DNA of 64,000 nt from Eledone cirrhosa (taxonomy: Eukaryota): assembly GCA_964016885.1 (NCBI GenBank), contig OZ024744.1:134230001-134294000 (forward strand), given 5' to 3'. Below, piece by piece: positions 13,501 through 25,089 of this stretch; position 1 is the stretch's first letter, and each line of letters opens with the position of its first letter. The notes beneath the pieces are model-generated. The model did no database searches. It was given only the letters and a program-made list of their open reading frames with translations, and had not been told where the DNA came from. The position numbers and the translations under genes are program-made.

Positions 13501-13669
13501 AAGTTGGGGTTAAGTTAAGTCGGGGTTAAGTTAAGTTGGGGTTAAGTTAAGTTGGGGTTAATTTAAGTTGGGGTTAAGTTAAGTTGGGGTTAAGTTAAGT
13601 TGGGGTTAAATTAAGTTGGGGTTAAGTTAAGTTGGGGTTAAGTCAAGTTGGGGTTAAGTTAAGTTGGGG
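10526..13669 (+). repeat. ~3.1 kb copy of ~5240-8383 (offset 5,286)
   Basis: Rare markers at constant offset: TTCGGGATA 5328/10614, TTTAATTGGGG 5531/10817, GGGAATAAT 6981/12267, AAGTAAAG 7051/12337, AAGTGAAG 7749/13035, GTCAAG 8358/13644. Match breaks at 13670. Confidence 0.88.
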
Positions 13670-16600
13670 CTGAGTTAAGTTGGGGTTAAGTTAAGTTGGG
13701 GTTAAGTTAAGTTGGGGTTAATTTAAGTTGGGGTTTATTTAAGTTGGGGTTACGTTAAGTTGGTGTTAAGTTAAGTTGGGGTTAATTTAATTGGGGTTAA
13801 TTAAGTTGGGGTTAAGTTAAGTTGGGGTTAAGTTAAGTTGGGGTTAATTTAAGTTGGGGTTGAGTTAAGTTGGGGTTAAGTTAAGTTGGGGTTATATTAA
13901 GTTGGGGTTAAGTTAAGTTGGGGTTCAGTTAAGTTGGGTATAAGTTAAGTTGGGGCTAAGTTAAGTTGGGGCTGAGTTAAGTTGGGGCTGAGTTAAGTTG
14001 GGGTTAAGTTAAGTTGGGGTCAAGTTAAGTTGGGGTTAAGTTGGGGTTAAGTTAAGTTAGGTTTAAGTTAAGATGGGGTTAAGTTAAGTTGGGGTTAAGT
14101 TAAGTTGGGGTTAAGTTAAGTCGGGGTTAAGTTAAGTTGGGGTTAAGTTAAGTTGGGGTTAATTTAAGTTGGGGTTAAGTTAAGTTGGGGTCAAGTTAAG
14201 TTGGGGTTAAGTTGGGGTTAAGTTAATTTGTGGTTAAGTTAAGTTGGGGTTAAGTTGGGGTTAAGTTAAGTTAGGTTTAAGTTAAGTTGGGGTTAAGTTA
14301 AGTTGGGGTTAAGTTAATTTGTGGTTAAGTTAAGTTGGGGTTAAGTTGGGGTTAAGTTAAGTTAGGTTTAAGTTAAGTTGGGGTCAAGTTAAGTTGGGGT
14401 TAAGTTGGGGTTAAGTTAAGTTAGGTTTAAGTTAATTTGGGGTTAAGTTAAGTTGGGGTTAAGTTAAGTTGGGGTTAAGTTAATTTGGGGTTAAGTTAAT
14501 TTGTGGTTAAGTTAAGTTAGGGTTAAGTTAAGTTGGGGTTAAGTTAAGTTGGGGTTAAGTTAAGTCGGGGTTAAGTTAAGTTGGGGTTAAGTTAAGTTGG
14601 GGTTAATTTAAGTTGGGGTTAAATTAAGTTGGGGTTAAGTTAAGTTGGGGTTAAGTCAAGTTGGGGTTAAGTTAAGTTGGGGATAAGTTAAGTTGGGGAT
14701 AATTTAAGTTGGGGTTAAGTTAAGTTGGGTTTAAGTTAAGTTGGGGTTAAGTTAAGTTGGGGTTAAGTTAAATTGGGGTTAAGTTAAGTTGGGGTTAAGT
14801 TAAGTTGGGGTTAAGTTAAGTTGGGGCTAAGTTAAGTTGGGGCTGAGTTAAGTTGGGGTTAAGTTAAGTTGGGCTTAATTTAAGTCGGGGTTAAGTTAAG
14901 TTAGGGTTCAGTTAAGTTGGGGTTAAGTTAAGTTTGGGTTAAGTTAAGTTGGGGTTAAGTTAAGTCGGGGTTAAGTTAAGTTGGGGTTAAGTTAAGTTGG
15001 GGTTAAGTTAAGTCGGGGTTAAGTTAAGTTGGGGTTAAGTTAAGTTGGGATTAATTTAAGTTGGGGTTAAGTTAAGTTGGGGTTAAGTTAAGTTGGGGTT
15101 AAGTTAAGATGGGGTTAATTTAAGTTGGGGTTAAGTTAAGTTGAGGTTAAGTTAAGTTGGGGTTAACTTAAGTTGGGGTTAAGTTAAGTTGGGGTTAAGT
15201 CAAGTTGGGGTTAAGTTAAGTTGGGGTTAATTTAAGTTGGGGCTAAGTTAAGTTGGGACTGAGTTAAGTTGGGGTTAAGTTAAGTTGGGGTTAAGTTAAG
15301 TTGGGGTTAAGTTAAGTTGGAGTTTATTTAAGTTGGGGTTAAGTTAAGTTGGGGTTCAGTTAAGTTGGGGTTAAGTTAAGTTGGGGTTAAGATGGGGTTA
15401 AATTAAGTTGGGGTTAAGTTAAGTTGGGGTTAATTTAAGTTGGGGTTAATTTAAGTCGGGGTTAAGTTAAGTCGGGGTTAAGTTAAGTTAGGGTTCAGTT
15501 AAGTTGGGGTTAAGTTAAGTTGGGGTTGAGTTAAGTTGGGGTTGAGTTAAATTGGGGTTGAGTTAAGTTGGGGTTGAGTTAAGTTGGTGTTGAGTTAAGT
15601 TGGGGTTAAGTTAAGTTGGGGTTAAGTTAATTTGTGGTTAAGTTAAGTTGGGGTTAAGTTAAGTTGGGGTTAAGTTAAGTTGGGGTTATATTAAGTTGGG
15701 GTTAAGTTAAGTTGGGGTTCAGTTAAGTTGGGTATAAGTTAAGTTGGGGTTAAGTTAAGTTGGGGTTAAGTTAAGTTGGGGTTAAGTTAAGTTGGTGTTA
15801 AGTTAAGTTGGGGCTAAGTTAAGTTGGGGCTGAGTTAAGTTGGGGCTGAGTTAAGTTAGGGTTAAGTTAAGTTGGGGTCAAGTTAAGTTGGGGTTAAGTT
15901 GGGGTTAAGTGAAGTTAGGTTTAAGTTAAGATGGGGTTAAGTTAAGTTGGGGTTAAGTTAAGTTGGGGTTAAGTTAAGTCGGGGTTAAGTTAAGTTGGGG
16001 TTAATTTAAGTTGGGGTTAAGTTAAGTTGGGGTCAAGTTAAGTTGGGGTTAAGTTGGGGTTAAGTTAATTTGTGGTTAAGTTAAGTTGGGGTTAAGTTGG
16101 GGTTAAGTTAAGTTAGGTTTAAGTTAAGTTGGGGTTAAGTTAAGTTGGGGTTAAGTTAATTTGTGGTTAAGTTAAGTTGGGGTTAAGTTGGGGTTAAGTT
16201 AAGTTAGGTTTAAGTTAAGTTGGGGTCAAGTTAAGTTGGGGTTAAGTTAAGTTAGGTTTAAGTTAAGTTGGGGTTAAGTTAAGTTGGGGTTAAGTTAAGT
16301 TGGGGTTAAGTTAAGTTGGGGTTAAGTTAATTTGTGGTTAAGTTAAGTTGGGGTTAAGTTAAGTTGGGGTTAAGTTAAGTTGGGGTTAAGTTAAGTCGGG
16401 GTTAAGTTAAGTTGGGGTTAAGTTAAGTTGGGGTTAATTTAAGTTGGGGTTAAGTTAAGTTGGGGTTAAGTTAAGTTGGGGTTAAATTAAGTTGGGGTTA
16501 AGTTAAGTTGGGGTTAAGTCAAGTTGGGGTTAAGTTAAGTTGGGGATAAGTTAAGTTGGGGATAATTTAAGTTGGGGTTAAGTTAAGTTGGGTTTAAGTT

Positions 16601-18420
16601 AAGTTGGGGTTAAGTTAAGTTGGGGTTAAGTTAAGTTGGGGTTAAGTTAAGTTGGGGTTAAGTTAAGTCGGGGTTAAGTTAAGTTGGGGTTAAGTTAAGT
16701 TGGGGTTAAGTTAAGTCGGGGTTAAGTTAAGTTGGGGTTAAGTTAAGTTGGGGTTAATTTAAGTTGGGGTTAAGTTAAGTTGGGGTTAAGTTAAGATGGG
16801 GTTAATTTAAGTTGGGGTTAAGTTAAGTTGAGGTTAAGTTAAGTTGGGGTTAAATTAAGTTGGGGTTAAGTTAAGTTGGGGTTAAGTCAAGTTGGGGTTA
16901 AGTTAAGTTGGGGATAAGCTAAGTTGGGGATAATTTAAGTTGGGTTTAAGTTAAGTTGGGGTTAAGTTAAGTTGGGGTTAAGTTAAGTTGGGGTTAATTT
17001 AAGTTGGGGCTAAGTTAAGTTGGGACTGAGTTAAGTTGGGGTTAAGTTAAGTTGGGGTTAAGTTAAGTTGGGGTTAAGTTAAGTTGGAGTTTATTTAAGT
17101 TGGGGTTAAGTTAAGTTGGGGTTCAGTTAAGTTGGGGTTAAGTTAAGTTGGGGTTAAGATGGGGTTAAATTAAGTTGGGGTTAAGTTAAGTTGGGGTTAA
17201 TTTAAGTTGGGGTTAAGTTAAGTTGGGGTTAAGTTAAGTCGGGGTTAAGTTAAGTCGGGGTTAAGTTAAGTTAGGGTTCAGTTAAGTTGGGGTTAAGTTA
17301 AGTTGGGGTTGAGTTAAGTTGGGGTTGAGTTAAATTGGGGTTGAGTTAAGTTGGGGTTGAGTTAAGTTGGTGTTGAGTTAAGTTGGGGTTAAGTTAAGTT
17401 GGGGTTAAGTTAATTTGTGGTTAAGTTAAGTTGGGGTTAAGTTAAGTTGGGGTTAAGTTAAGTTGGGGGTAAGTTAAGTCGGGGTTAAGTTAAGTTGGGG
17501 TTGAGTTAAGTTGGGGTTAATTTAAGTTGGGGTTAAGTTAAGTTGGGGTTAAGTTAAGTTGGGGTTAAGTTAAGTTGGGGTTAAGTTAAGTTGAGGTTAA
17601 GTTAAGTTGGGGTTAAATTAAGTTGGGGTTAAGTTAAGTTGGAGTTAAGTTAAGTTGGGGTTAAGTTAAGTTGGGGATAAGTTAAGTTGGGGATAATTTA
17701 AGTTGGGGTTAAGTTAAGTTGGGTTTAAGTTAAGTTGGGGTTAAGTTAAGTTGGGGATAAGTTAAGTTGGGGTTAAGTTAAGTTGGGGTTAAGTTAAGTT
17801 GGGGTTAAGTTAAGTTGGGGCTAAGTTAAGTTGGGGCTGAGTTAAGTTGGTGTTAAGTTAAGTTGGGGTTAAGTTAAGTTGGGGTTAATTTAAGTTGGGG
17901 TTTATTTAAGTTGGGGTTACGTTAAGTTGGTGTTAAGTTAAGTTGGGGTTAATTTAAGTTGGGGTTAATTAAGTTGGGGTTAAGTTAAGTTGGGGTTAAG
18001 TTAAGTTGGGGTTAAGTTAAGTTGGGGTTAAGTTAAGTTGGGGTTAATTTAAGTTGGGGTTAAGTTAAGTTGGGGTTAAGTTAAGTTGAGGTTAAGTTAA
18101 GTTGGGGATAAGTTAAGTTGGGGTTAAGTTAAGTTGGGGTTAAGTTAAGTTGGGGTTAAGTTAAGTTGGGGCTAAGTTAAGTTGGGGATAAGTTAAGTTG
18201 GGGTTAAGTTAAGTTGAGGTTAATTTAAGTTGGGGTTAAATTAAGTTGGGGTTAAGTTAAGTTGGGGTTAAGTTAAGTTGGGGTTACGTTAAGTTGGGGA
18301 TAAGTTAAGTTGGGGATAATTTAAGTTGGGGTTAAGTTAAGTTGGGTTTAAGTTAAGTTAGGGTTAAGTTAAGTTGGGGATAAGTTAAGTTGGGGTTAAG
18401 TTAAGTTGGGGTTAAGTTAA
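13670..18420 (+). repeat. Further copy of ~5412-10520 with internal deletions
   Basis: Offset 8,258 (5531/13789), then 8,162 after a 96-bp loss near 15220 (7749/15911), then 8,146 (GATAAGCTAAG 8773/16919). A further deletion lies near 18100. Confidence 0.8.
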
Positions 18421-21400
18421 GTTGGGGTTAAGTTAAGTTGGGGGTAAGTTAAGTCGGGGTTAAGTTAAGTTGGGGTTGAGTTAAGTTGGGGTTAATTTAA
18501 GTTGGGGTTAAGTTAAGTTGGGGTTAAGTTAAGTTGGGGTTAAGTTAGGTTGGGGTTAAGTTAAGTTGAGGTTAAGTTAAGTTGGGGTTAAATTAAGTTG
18601 GGGTTAAGTTAAGTTGGAGTTAAGTTAAGTTGGGGTTAAGTTAAGTTGGGGATAAGTTAAGTTGGGGATAATTTAAGTTGGGGTTAAGTTAAGTTGGGTT
18701 TAAGTTAAGTTGGGGTTAAGTTAAGTTGGGGATAAGTTAAGTTGGGGTTAAGTTAAGTTGGGGTTAAGTTAAGTTGGGGTTAAGTTAAGTTGGGGCTAAG
18801 TTAAGTTGGGGCTGAGTTAAGTTGGGGTTAAGTTAAGTTGGGGTTAAGTTAAGTTGGGGTTAATTTAAGTTGGGGTTTATTTAAGTTGGGGTTACGTTAA
18901 GTTGGTGTTAAGTTAAGTTGGGGTTAATTTAAGTTGGGGTTAATTAAGTTGGGGTTAAGTTAAGTTGGGGTTAAGTTAAGTTGGGGTTAAGTTAAGTTGG
19001 GGTTAAGTTAAGTTGGGGTTAATTTAAGTTGGGGTTAAGTTAAGTTGGGGTTAAGTTAAGTTGAGGTTAAGTTAAGTTGGGGTTAAATTAAGTTGGGGTT
19101 AAGTTAAGTTGGGGTTAAGTTAAGTTGGGGTTAAGTTAAGTTGGGGATAAGTTAAGTTGGGGATAATTTAAGTTGGGGTTAAGTTAAGTTGGGGTTAAAT
19201 TAAGTTGGGGTTAAGTTAAGTTGGGGTTAAGTTAAGTTGGGGTTAAGTTAAGTTTGGGATAAGTTAAGTTGGGGATAATTTAAGTTGGGGTTAAGTTAAG
19301 TTGGGTTTAAGTTAAGTTGGGGTTAAGTTAAGTTGGGGATAAGTTAAGTTGGGGTTAAGTTAAGTTGGGGTTAAGTTAAGTTGGGGTTAAGTTAAGTTGG
19401 GGCTAAGTTAAGTTGGGGATAAGTTAAGTTGGGGTTAAGTTAAGTTGAGGTTAAGTTAAGTTGGGGTTAAATTAAGTTGGGGTTAAGTTAAGTTGGGGTT
19501 AAGTTAAGTTGGGGTTACGTTAAGTTGGGGATAAGTTAAGTTGGGGATAATTTAAGTTGGGGTTAAGTTAAGTTGGGTTTAAGTTAAGTTGGGGTTAAGT
19601 TAAGTTGGGGATAAGTTAAGTTGGGGTTAAGTTAAGTTGGGGTTAAGTTAAGTTGGGTTTAAGTTAAGTTGGGGCTAAGTTAAGTTGGGGCTGAGTTAAG
19701 TTGGGGTTAAGTTAAGTTGGGGTTAAGTTAAGTTGGGGTTAATTTAAGTTGGGGTTTATTTAAGTTGGGGTTACGTTAAGTTGGTGTTAAGTTAAGTTGG
19801 GGTTAATTTAAGTTGGGGTTAATTAAGTTGGGGTTAAGTTAAGTTGGGGTTAAGTTAAGTTGGGGTTAATTTAAGTTGGGGTTGAGTTAAGTTGGGGTTA
19901 AGTTAAGTTGGGGTTATATTAAGTTGGGGTTAAGTTACGTTGGGGTTTAGTTAAGTTGGGTATAAGTTAAGTTGGGGTTAAGTTAATTTGGGGTTAAGTT
20001 AAGTTGGGGTTAAGTTAAGTTGGGGTTAAGTTAAGTTGGGGTTAAGTTAAGTTGGTGTTAAGTTAAGTTGGGGCTAAGTTAAGTTGGGGCTGAGTTAAGT
20101 TGGGGCTGAGTTAAGTTGGGGTTAAGTTAAGTTGGGGTCAAGTTAAGTTGGGGTTAAGTTGGGGTTAAGTTAAGTTAGGTTTAAGTTAAGATGGGGTTAA
20201 GTTAAGTTGGGGTTAAGTTAAGTTGGGGTTAAGTTAAGTCGGGGTTAAGTTAAGTTGGGGTTAAGTTAAGTTGGGGTTAATTTAAGTTGGGGTTAAGTTA
20301 AGTTGGGGTCAAGTTAAGTTGGGGTTAAGTTGGGGTTAAGTTAATTTGTGGTTAAGTTAAGTTGGGGTTAAGTTAAGTTGGGGTTAAGTTAAGTTGGGGT
20401 TAAGTTAAGTCGGGGTTAAGTTAAGTTGGGGTTAAGTTAAGTTGGGGTTAATTTAAGTTGGGGTTAAGTTAAGTTGGGGTCAAGTTAAGTTGGGGTTAAG
20501 TTGGGGTTAAGTTAAGTTAGGTTTAAGTTAAGTTGGGGTTAAGTTAAGTTGGGGTTAAGTTAAGTTGGGGTTAAGTTAAGTTGGGGTTAAGTTAATTTGT
20601 GGTTAAGTTAAGTTGGGGTTAAGTTAAGTTGGTGTTAAGTTAAGTTGGGGCTAAGTTAAGTTGGGGCTGAGTTAAGTTGGGGCTGAGTTAAGTTGGGGTT
20701 AAGTTAAGTTGGGGTCAAGTTAAGTTGGGGTTAAGTTGGGGTTAAGTTAAGTTAGGTTTAAGTTAAGATGGGGTTATGTTAAGTTGGGGTTAAGTTAAGT
20801 TGGGGTTAAGTTAAGTCGGGGTTAAGTTAAGTTGGGGTTAAGTTAAGTTGGGGTTAATTTAAGTTGGGGTTAAGTTAAGTTGGGGTCAAGTTAAGTTGGG
20901 GTTAAGTTGGGGTTAAGTTAATTTGTGGTTAAGTTAAGTTGGGGTTAAGTTAAGTCGGGGTTAAGTTAAGTTGGGGTTAAGTTAAGTTGGGGTTAATTTA
21001 AGTTGGGGTTAAGTTAAGTTGGGGTCAAGTTAAGTTGGGGTTAAGTTGGGGTTAAGTTAAGTTAGGTTTAAGTTAAGTTGGGGTTAAGTTAACTTGGGGT
21101 TAAGTTAAGTTGGGGTTAAGTTAAGTTGGGGTTAAGTTAATTTGTGGTTAAGTTAAGTTGGGGTTAAGTTAAGTTGGTGTTAAGTTAAGTTGGGGCTAAG
21201 TTAAGTTGGGGCTGAGTTAAGTTGGGGCTGAGTTAAGTTGGGGTTAAGTTAAGTTGGGGTCAAGTTAAGTTGGGGTTAAGTTGGGGTTAAGTTAAGTTAG
21301 GTTTAAGTTAAGATGGGGTTATGTTAAGTTGGGGTTAAGTTAAGTTGGGGTTAAGTTAAGTCGGGGTTAAGTTAAGTTGGGGTTAAGTTAAGTTGGGGTT

Positions 21401-21901
21401 AATTTAAGTTGGGGTTAAGTTAAGTTGGGGTCAAGTTAAGTTGGGGTTAAGTTGGGGTTAAGTTAATTTGTGGTTAAGTTAAGTTGGGGTTAAGTTAAGT
21501 TGGGGTTAAGTTAAGTCGGGGTTAAGTTAAGTTGGGGTTAAGTTAAGTTGGGGTTAAGTTAAGTCGGGGTTAAGTTAAGTTGGGGTTAAGTTAAGTTGGG
21601 GTTAATTTAAGTTGGGGTTAAGTTAAGTTGGGGTTAAGTTAAGTTGGGGTTAAGTTAAGATGGGGTTAATTTAAGTTGGGGTTAAGTTAAGTTGAGGTTA
21701 AGTTAAGTTGGGGTTAAATTAAGTTGGGGTTAAGGTAAGTTGGGGTTAAGTCAAGTTGGGGTTAAGTTAAGTTGGGGATAAGTTAAGTTGGGGATAATTT
21801 AAGTTGGGTTTAAGTTAAGTTGTGGTTAAGTTAAGTTGGGGTTAAGTTAAGTTGGGATTAAGTTAAGTTGGGGTTAATTTAAGTTGGGGCTAAGTTAAGT
21901 T

Positions 21902-24365
21902 GGGACTGAGTTAAGTTGGGGTTAAGTTAAGTTGGGGTTAAGTTAAGTTGGGGTTAAGTTAAGTTGGAGTTTATTTAAGTTGGGGTTAAGTTAAGTTGGG
22001 GTTCAGTTAAGTTGGGGTTAAGATGGGGTTAAATTAAGTTGGGGTTAAGTTAAGTTGGGGTTAATTTAAGTTGGGGTTAAGTTAAGTTGGGGTTAAGTTA
22101 AGTCGGGGTTAAGTTAAGTCTGGGTTAAGTTAAGTTAGGGTTCAGTTAAGTTGTGGTTAAGTTAAGTTGGGGTTGAGTTAAGTTGGGGTTGAGTTAAATT
22201 GGGGTTGAGTTAAGTTGGGGTTGAGTTAAGTTGGTGTTGAGTTAAGTTGGGGTTAAGTTAAGTTGGGGTTACGTTAATTTGTGGTTAAGTTAAGTTGGGG
22301 TTAAGTTAAGTTGGGGTTAAGTTAAGTTGGGGTTAAGTTAAGTCGGGGTTAAGTTAAGTTGGGGTTGAGTTAAGTTGGGGTTAATTTAAGTTGGGGTTAA
22401 GTTAAGTTGGGGTTAAGTTAAGTTGGGGTTAAGTTAAGTTGGGGTTAAGTTAAGTTGGGGTTAAGTTAAGTTGAGGTTAAGTTAAGTTGGGGTTAAATTA
22501 AGTTGGGGTTAAGTTAAGTTGGGGTTAAGTTAAGTTGGGGATAAGTTAAGTTGGGGATAATTTAAGTTGGGGTTAAGTTAAGTTGGGTTTAAGTTAAGTT
22601 GGGGTTAAGTTAAGTTCGGGATAAGTTAAGTTGGGGTTAAGTTAAGTTGGGGTTAAGTTAAGTTGGGGTTAAGTTAAGTTGGGGCTAAGTTAAGTTGGGG
22701 CTGAGTTAAGTTGGGGTTAAGTTAAGTTGGGGTTAAGTTAAGTTGGGGTTAATTTAAGTTGGGGTTTATTTAAGTTGGGGTTACGTTAAGTTGGTGTTAA
22801 GTTAAGTTGGGGTTAATTTAAGTTGGGGTTAATTAAGTTGGGGTTAAGTTAAGTTGGGGTTAAGTTAAGTTGGGGTTAATTTAAGTTGGGGTTGAGTTAA
22901 GTTGGGGTTAAGTTAAGTTGGGGTTATATTAAGTTGGGGTTAAGTTAAGTTGGGGTTCAGTTAAGTTGGGTATAAGTTAAGTTGGGGTTAAGTTAAGTTG
23001 GGGTTAAGTTAAGTTGGGGTTAAGTTAAGTTGGTGTTAAGTTAAGTTGGGGCTAAGTTAAGTTGGGGCTGATTTAAGTTGGGGCTGAGTTAAGTTGGGGT
23101 TAAGTTAAGTTGGGGTCAAGTTAAGTTGGGGTTAAGTTGGGGTTAAGTTAAGTTAGGTTTAAGTTAAGATGGGGTTAAGTTAAGTTGGGGTTAAGTTAAG
23201 TTGGGGTTAAGTTAATTTGTGGTTAAGTTAAGTTGGGGTTAAGTTAAGTTGGGGTTAAGTTAAGTTGGGGTTAAGTTAAGTCGGGGTTAAGTTAAGTTGG
23301 GGTTAAGTTAAGTTGGGGTTAATTTAAGTTGGGGTTAAGTTAAGTTGGGGTCAAGTTAAGTTGGGGTTAAGTTGGGGTTAAGTTAAGTTAGGTTTAAGTT
23401 AAGTTGGGGTTAAGTTAAGTTGGGGTTAAGTTAAGTTTGGGTTAAGTTAAGTTGGGGTTAAGTTAAGTTGGGGTTAAGTTAATTTGTGGTTAAGTTAAGT
23501 TGGGGTTAAGTTAAGTTGGGGTTAAGTTAAGTTGGGGTTAAGTTAAATCGGGGTTAAGTTAAGTTGGGGTTAAGTTAAGTTGGGGTTAATTTAAGTTGGG
23601 GTTAAGTTAAGTTGGGGTTAAGTTAAGTTGGGGTTAAATTAAGTTGGGGTTAAGTTAAGTTGGGGTTAAGTCAAGTTGGGGTTAAGTTAAGTTGGGGATA
23701 AGTTAAGTTGGGGATAATTTAAGTTGGGGTTAAGTTAAGTTGGGTTTAAGTTAAGTTGGGGTTAAGTTAAGTTGGGGTTAAGTTAAGTTGGGGTTAAGTT
23801 AAGTTGGGGTTAAGTTAAGTTGGGGTTAAGTTAAGTTGTGGCTAAGTTAAGTTGGGGCTGAGTTAAGTTGGGGTTAAGTTAAGTTGGGCTTAATTTAAGT
23901 TGGGGTTAAGTTAAGTTAGGGTTCAGTTAAGTTGGGGTTAAGTTAAGTTGGGGTTAAGTTAAGTTGGGGTTAAGTTAAGTCGGGGTTAAGTTAAGTTGGG
24001 GTTAAGTTAAGTTGGGGTTAAGTTAAGTCGGGGTTAAGTTAAGTTGGGGTTAAGTTAAGTTGGGGTTAATTTAAGTTGGGGTTAAGTTAAGTTGGGGTTA
24101 AGTTAAGTTGGGGTTAAGTTAAGATGGGGTTAATTTAAGTTGGGGTTAAGTTAAGTTGAGGTTAAGTTAAGTTGGGGTTAAATTAAGTTGGGGTTAAGTT
24201 AAGTTGGGGTTAAGTCAAGTTGGGGTTAAGTTAAGTTGGGGATAAGTTAAGTTGGGGATAATTTAAGTTGTGTTTAAGTTAAGTTGGGGTTAAGTTGAGT
24301 TGGGGTTAAGTTAAGTTGGGGTTAAGTTAAGTTGGGGTTAATTTAAGTTGGGGCTAAGTTAAGTT
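21902..24365 (+). repeat. One complete higher-order repeat unit (2,464 bp)
   Basis: Marker GGGACTGAG at 21902 and 24366. The variant order is conserved: GGAGTTTATT, TTCAG, 11-mer TTAAGATGGGG, TAGGGTTCAG, TTGAG x5, TAATTTGTGG, GAGG, GATAAG/GATAAT, GCTAAG/GCTGAG, TTTATT, TTACG, 15-mer, TTATATT, GGGTATA, TAGGTTT, GGGCTTAAT. Same spacing at 31252-33716 and 58807-61271. Confidence 0.9.
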
Positions 24366-25089
24366 GGGACTGAGTTAACTGGGGTTAAGTTAAGTTGGGG
24401 TTAAGTTAAGTTGGAGTTTATTTAAGTTGGGGTTAAGTTAAGTTGGGGTTCAGTTAAGTTGGGGTTAAATTAAGTTGGGGTTAAGTTAAGTTGGGGTTAA
24501 GTCAAGTTGGGGTTAAGTTAAGTTGGGGATAAGTTAAGTTGGGGATAATTTAAGTTGTGTTTAAGTTAAGTTGGGGTTAAGTTGAGTTGGGGTTAAGTTA
24601 AGTTGGGGTTAAGTTAAGTTGGGGTTAATTTAAGTTGGGGCTAAGTTAAGTTGGGACTGAGTTAAGTTGGGGTTAAGTTAAGTTGGGGTTAAGTTAAGTT
24701 GGGGTTAAGTTAAGTTGGAGTTTATTTAAGTTGGGGTTAAGTTAAGTTGGGGTTCAGTTAAGTTGGGGTTAAGTTAAGTTGGGGTTAAGATGGGGTTAAA
24801 TTAAGTTGGGGTTAAGTTAAGTTGGGGTTAATTTAAGTTGGGGTTAATTTAAGTCGGGGTTAAGTTAAGTCGGGGTTAAGTTAAGTTAGGGTTCAGTTAA
24901 GTTGGGGTTAAGTTAAGTTGGGGTTGAGTTAAGTTGGGGTTGAGTTAAATTGGGGTTGAGTTAAGTTGGGGTTGAGTTAAGTTGGTGTTGAGTTAAGTTG
25001 GGGTTAAGTTAAGTTGGGGTTAAGTTAATTTGTGGTTAAGTTAAGTTGGGGTTAAGTTAAGTTGGGGTTAAGTTAAGTTGGGGATAAGT

